IMG/VR virus record: IMGVR_UViG_3300031867_004305
Coordinates: 1 to 64,000 of that record
DNA length: 64,000 bases
Strand: one strand, 5' to 3'
Origin: a virus
Lineage: Duplodnaviria; Caudoviricetes
Below are positions 61,232 through 64,000 of the stretch, piece after piece. The position numbers and the translations under genes were made by a program. The notes beneath the pieces are model-generated. The model was given only the letters and a program-made list of their open reading frames with translations, did not search any database and had not been told where the DNA came from. Positions within the stretch are counted from its first letter, which is position 1, and every line of letters starts with the position of its first letter.

Positions 61232-61462
61232 TTTGTAGCACCTCTCTCTCATTTCTTGACTATATTATAGCACACTGGAATAGCAATGTCAATAGGTTTT
61301 TTGCGAATTAACAGACGCTTAACAATCGACGTCCGCAGGTCCAGGTCTTGGTTAGTCATACCTAACTCGTGCCTTCACTCCTCCCTGTCCTTCCTTTCCG
61401 GTGCAACTATATTATAGCAAAAAAGAAGGCTTTTGTCAAGCCCTCTTTGTGTTAAGTTGATA

Positions 61463-61627
61463 TTAAAGAATACCAGTTATTTTTGCCACCAGCGGAGACA
61501 AGATCAGCATTAACAGACCAGCGATCATGCCCCAATTTACCAACCAATGAGGATCATCAGCATGGGCGATGCCCACAAAGCAAGCAACTACAGCAATTAT
61601 CACATACACAGGAAGAATCCACATCAT
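61463..61627 (-). CDS. Cassette protein, 54 aa, two predicted TM helices (absent from the ORF track)
   Basis: MMWILPVYVIIAVVACFVGIAHADDPHWLVNWGMIAGLLMLILSPLVAKITGIL; AAGGAG RBS and own promoter. Confidence 0.8.
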   Translation of the reverse strand: MMWILPVYVIIAVVACFVGIAHADDPHWLVNWGMIAGLLMLILSPLVAKITGIL

Positions 61628-61833
61628 TGTTTTTCTCTCCTTTTTTTTCTCTCTTTCGTTGACACTATTATAGCATATAGCCGGGCGTTTGTCAATACTT
61701 TTTTATGTAAAGTATGTGTAAACTTCTCCGCCGGTCAAATATGATTAGTTAGTGAAAACTAACTCCACTGGCCGAGTTAGTTCAGACTAACTAACTCTCT
61801 AATATAAAAAATAAAGGGTTTGCACCCTTTATT

Positions 61834-62124
61834 TTAGAAATTGAAATTATCAATTGTACCACAATAGCGACAGGAAACAATCACATCGTCGTAAATAATT
61901 TCCGTGTTATTATCATCCATCAGACAAGCACACAAGTCATTAACATTCCAGTCCTCACAGCCGTAAAACTGCCAAATGTTCCCGTTCGCGTCAACCACGT
62001 CCACCAAATCAGTAGAATAGTCAACATTGACAACCTTAGTAACCATTGCGTAATCCTCAGCGAGAGCATTAACACCAACCACCATCAGCACGACCACCAT
62101 CAGCATCATAATCGTGTTCTTCAT
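61834..62124 (-). CDS. Cassette protein, 96 aa, with Sec signal peptide and acidic Cys-containing mature part
   Basis: MKN-hydrophobic-ALA|ED; AAGGAG RBS; terminator at about 61805-61833. Confidence 0.85.
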   Translation of the reverse strand: MKNTIMMLMVVVLMVVGVNALAEDYAMVTKVVNVDYSTDLVDVVDANGNIWQFYGCEDWNVNDLCACLMDDNNTEIIYDDVIVSCRYCGTIDNFNF

Positions 62125-62285
62125 TGTTGTTTATCTCCTTTGCTTTTGTTGTATATAGTATAACACACATCTATTCACTTGTCAATACCTTTTTGTGTTT
62201 TCTTTTGTAAAATCTATATTAAGCGTCTGGCCGGCCAGAAAGTTAGTTTAGACTAACTAACTGATCCAATAAAAAAAGATGGGGA

Positions 62286-62444
62286 TTATTCATCCCCATC
62301 AATCCAGCCCATCGCAAACTCATAGGCGATCTCAATGATCGTGTAATCGTTCGCGCGCTCGCACTCATTGAAGAAGTAGATCGTGGCAGGGTGTTCGAAA
62401 CCGAAAGCGCGAATCACGTTGTTTTTCATCTCATTGATCTTCAT
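62286..62444 (-). CDS. Cassette protein, 52 aa (absent from the ORF track)
   Basis: MKINEMKNNVIRAFGFEHPATIYFFNECERANDYTIIEIAYEFAMGWIDGDE; AAGGAGG RBS, promoter and terminator. Confidence 0.85.
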   Translation of the reverse strand: MKINEMKNNVIRAFGFEHPATIYFFNECERANDYTIIEIAYEFAMGWIDGDE

Positions 62445-62539
62445 TATGGGTTCCTCCTTGCTTTTGATGTAATTATTTTACCACACGCCAAGACCTTTGT
62501 CAAGAGGTTTTGAAAAAATTTTTTTGTTAAGATTCGGGA

Positions 62540-62710
62540 CTACTCGATGTAGTCCCGAACCTCGTCGTTCGTCAGGTCCAGTTCCTCAGCGATGACTTCC
62601 ACCGCCTCATCGATCCAGAACAACTGTTCCTCAGCGGTCAGGTCCTCCCACGCGCCCATCAGATTCTCGTTGATGTAGGCATCCATCATGGTATTGATCT
62701 TGTTAGTCAT
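62540..62710 (-). CDS. Cassette protein, 56 aa, highly acidic (absent from the ORF track)
   Basis: MTNKINTMMDAYINENLMGAWEDLTAEEQLFWIDEAVEVIAEELDLTNDEVRDYIE; AAGGAGG RBS, promoter and hairpin. Confidence 0.85.
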   Translation of the reverse strand: MTNKINTMMDAYINENLMGAWEDLTAEEQLFWIDEAVEVIAEELDLTNDEVRDYIE

Positions 62711-62884
62711 TGTGGTGTCCTCCTTGCTTTTGTTGTATTCATTATAACACCTATCCGGCTATTTGTCAATACCTTTTTTGTATTTTTCTTTGTAAAGTTT
62801 GTGTTAAGCCTCCGGCCGGCCCGCGCGAGTTAGTTTATGCTAACTAACTATTATATTAATAAAAAAAGAGGGCTTAAACCCTCT

Positions 62885-63031
62885 TTATGCTACATACCCT
62901 TCGATCATTGCGGCTACTTCATGTGCCCACATATAATCATTGTATGCGCCATAGAACCATTTTTCTCCATCAACAACACGGTAAACGATAAAGCGATAAT
63001 TGGTAGCGTAGGCAGGCATGTTGTTAATCAT
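62885..63031 (-). CDS. Cassette protein, 48 aa, paralog of 63202-63318 (absent from the ORF track)
   Basis: MINNMPAYATNYRFIVYRVVDGEKWFYGAYNDYMWAHEVAAMIEGYVA; GAGAGG RBS, promoter and terminator. Confidence 0.85.
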   Translation of the reverse strand: MINNMPAYATNYRFIVYRVVDGEKWFYGAYNDYMWAHEVAAMIEGYVA

Positions 63032-63201
63032 TTTGATTACCTCTCTCATTTGATGTATATATTATAGCATAAAGTATCGAGAATGTCAATACCCTTTTAA
63101 AAAATTTCTTTGTAAAATCTAAGTTAATGATCTGGCCGGCCAGAAAGTTAGTTATAACTAACTAACTATTAAAATATATAAAAAAGAAGGCTTTTCAGCC
63201 T

Positions 63202-63318
63202 TCAAGCAACTTTTCCGCCCACCATAGCAGCATATTCTTTAGCCCACTGCAGATCATCAAAAGCACCGTAAAAATACTTGATGCCCTTTTCCTCAACGTA
63301 TACGATGAACTTCTTCAT
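63202..63318 (-). CDS. Cassette protein, 38 aa, paralog of 62885-63031 (absent from the ORF track)
   Basis: MKKFIVYVEEKGIKYFYGAFDDLQWAKEYAAMVGGKVA; AAGGAGG RBS, promoter and terminator. Confidence 0.85.
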   Translation of the reverse strand: MKKFIVYVEEKGIKYFYGAFDDLQWAKEYAAMVGGKVA

Positions 63319-63489
63319 TGTTGTTTCCTCCTTGCTTTTGATGTATTTATTATAACATGCCTTTGTTATTTTGTCAATACCTTTTTGTGTTAATTGTGTA
63401 TTAACTTATTTATTTCCAGGATCGTGATTAGTTTAATTAAACTAACCGCTTTTCTGGCCTGCATAATGGGCCAGAACTTATTGATTCAT

Positions 63490-63629
63490 TACTTTATCAT
63501 AGTAAAGTGATTCAAATTTGCCCTACAGGCCAATTTTAGCGGGCCAGGCAACCGGCCGGTTTATTATTCGCGCGAAATCGCCTTAAAACGAAAATTTGAA
63601 TCACACTATCACTTTACCATAATAAAGTG
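63490..63629. repeat. Two further motif A palindromes on the right flank of the array
   Basis: TACTTTA-TCATAG-TAAAGTG at 63490 and CACTTTA-CCATAA-TAAAGTG at 63610. Confidence 0.85.
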
Positions 63630-64000
63630 ATAAATATAATGAACTGGCCGGACCAGTTAGTTTTGACTAACTAACTATTACAAAAATATTACAGCTTTAT
63701 GCGACTTTCTTTTGTGAGGGCGTTTTTAAGGGGTAAAACAACCGGCCGGTTTATTATACACGAAAAAAACGGCTCTACGCGGCGATACGAAAAAAATGCA
63801 CAAAAAGTTAAACCGAAATATTAATTCCAGGTTAAGAAACACTCTACGAAAACGATTTCCGCAGGCCAAATTAACATATCCATAACACTTTTTCTTAATC
63901 TTTTGTGCAATTTTTTTCAGTCGTAGGCCACGGGCATTTTGAACAAAAATTAAATATGAAATACTTTTGTAATAATTAAATAGTTTTGTAATAATCACTG

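Larger units (their letters stand above)
60999..63377 (-). promoter_or_regulatory. Nine tandem near-consensus SigA promoters, one per cassette
   Basis: TTGACA-17 bp-TA(T/A)A(A/C)T with extended TG at 60999-61027, 61264-61292, 61411-61439, 61667-61695, 62157-62185, 62475-62503, 62741-62769, 63061-63089 and 63349-63377. Confidence 0.92.
61350..63672. repeat. Seven dispersed AGTTAG-N6-CTAACT inverted repeats (motif B), mostly beside GGCCGG(CC) palindromes
   Basis: Copies at 61350 (one mismatch), 61747, 61775, 62241, 62828, 63146 and 63655; variant near 63427. Confidence 0.9.

Noticed and set aside
61350-63672. Integron attC sites
   Set aside because: The order is GTTAG...CTAAC, the reverse of RYYYAAC...GTTRRRY. 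The elements are only about 18 bp, the cassettes have their own promoters, and no integrase is in the window.
60100-63700. CRISPR array
   Set aside because: The repeats are short, degenerate and irregularly spaced, the intervening DNA contains promoters and ORFs, and no cas genes are present.
60450-63998. ORF-track calls 60450-60632, 60547-60753, 60590-60994, 60963-61160, 61085-61270, 61547-61744, 62837-63067 and 63726-63998
   Set aside because: They overlap or oppose better-supported minus-strand cassette genes, or run through repeats, and lack an RBS or promoter.
1-64000. Stop-codon reassignment (TAG to Gln), as in some gut phages
   Set aside because: Genes are full length under the standard bacterial code, and TAG ends genes at sensible positions (e.g. 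9712, 48869, 62540). The many TAG triplets are antisense to CTA Leu codons.
1-64000. tRNA or rRNA genes
   Set aside because: No cloverleaf or rRNA-like sequence was recognised by eye in the intergenic regions; a tRNAscan-SE run would be needed to exclude them formally.

Overview
A 64-kb segment of a large, AT-rich tailed dsDNA phage or prophage of a Bacillota (probably anaerobic, clostridial) host, with SPbeta-like head gene order. (1) 1-23.6 kb, + strand, replication and nucleotide metabolism: GyrA/ParC-type topoisomerase subunit, wHTH protein, SSB, Sak4-like ATPase, DnaB helicase split by a 959-nt group I intron carrying a GIY-YIG endonuclease, primase, RecJ, DnaE, NrdDG, a membrane-anchored GIY-YIG protein, dUTPase and a RuvC-like resolvase. 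(2) 23.6-60.0 kb, - strand, morphogenesis: terminase, portal, protease/scaffold, capsid, neck, two paralogous tail-tube genes, a 5158-aa tape measure protein containing a Hint (intein-like) domain between poly-Gly linkers, and Dit-like and Tal-like proteins. The two arms converge on a bidirectional terminator. (3) 60.0-63.7 kb: an array of nine promoter-led mini-cassettes, eight with a small ORF and five of those missing from the supplied ORF track. The array has a repeated cis grammar: helically phased TGTWAA-N5-TGTWAA boxes (PhoP/WalR-like), GGCCGGCC palindromes and AGTTAG-N6-CTAACT inverted repeats, and is bracketed by CACTTTA-N6-TAAAGTG palindromes. Cassette genes use mainly CTG for Leu, whereas the capsid and other presumably abundant proteins use mainly CTA. 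All product calls come from motif recognition and gene order by eye; no database searches were run.
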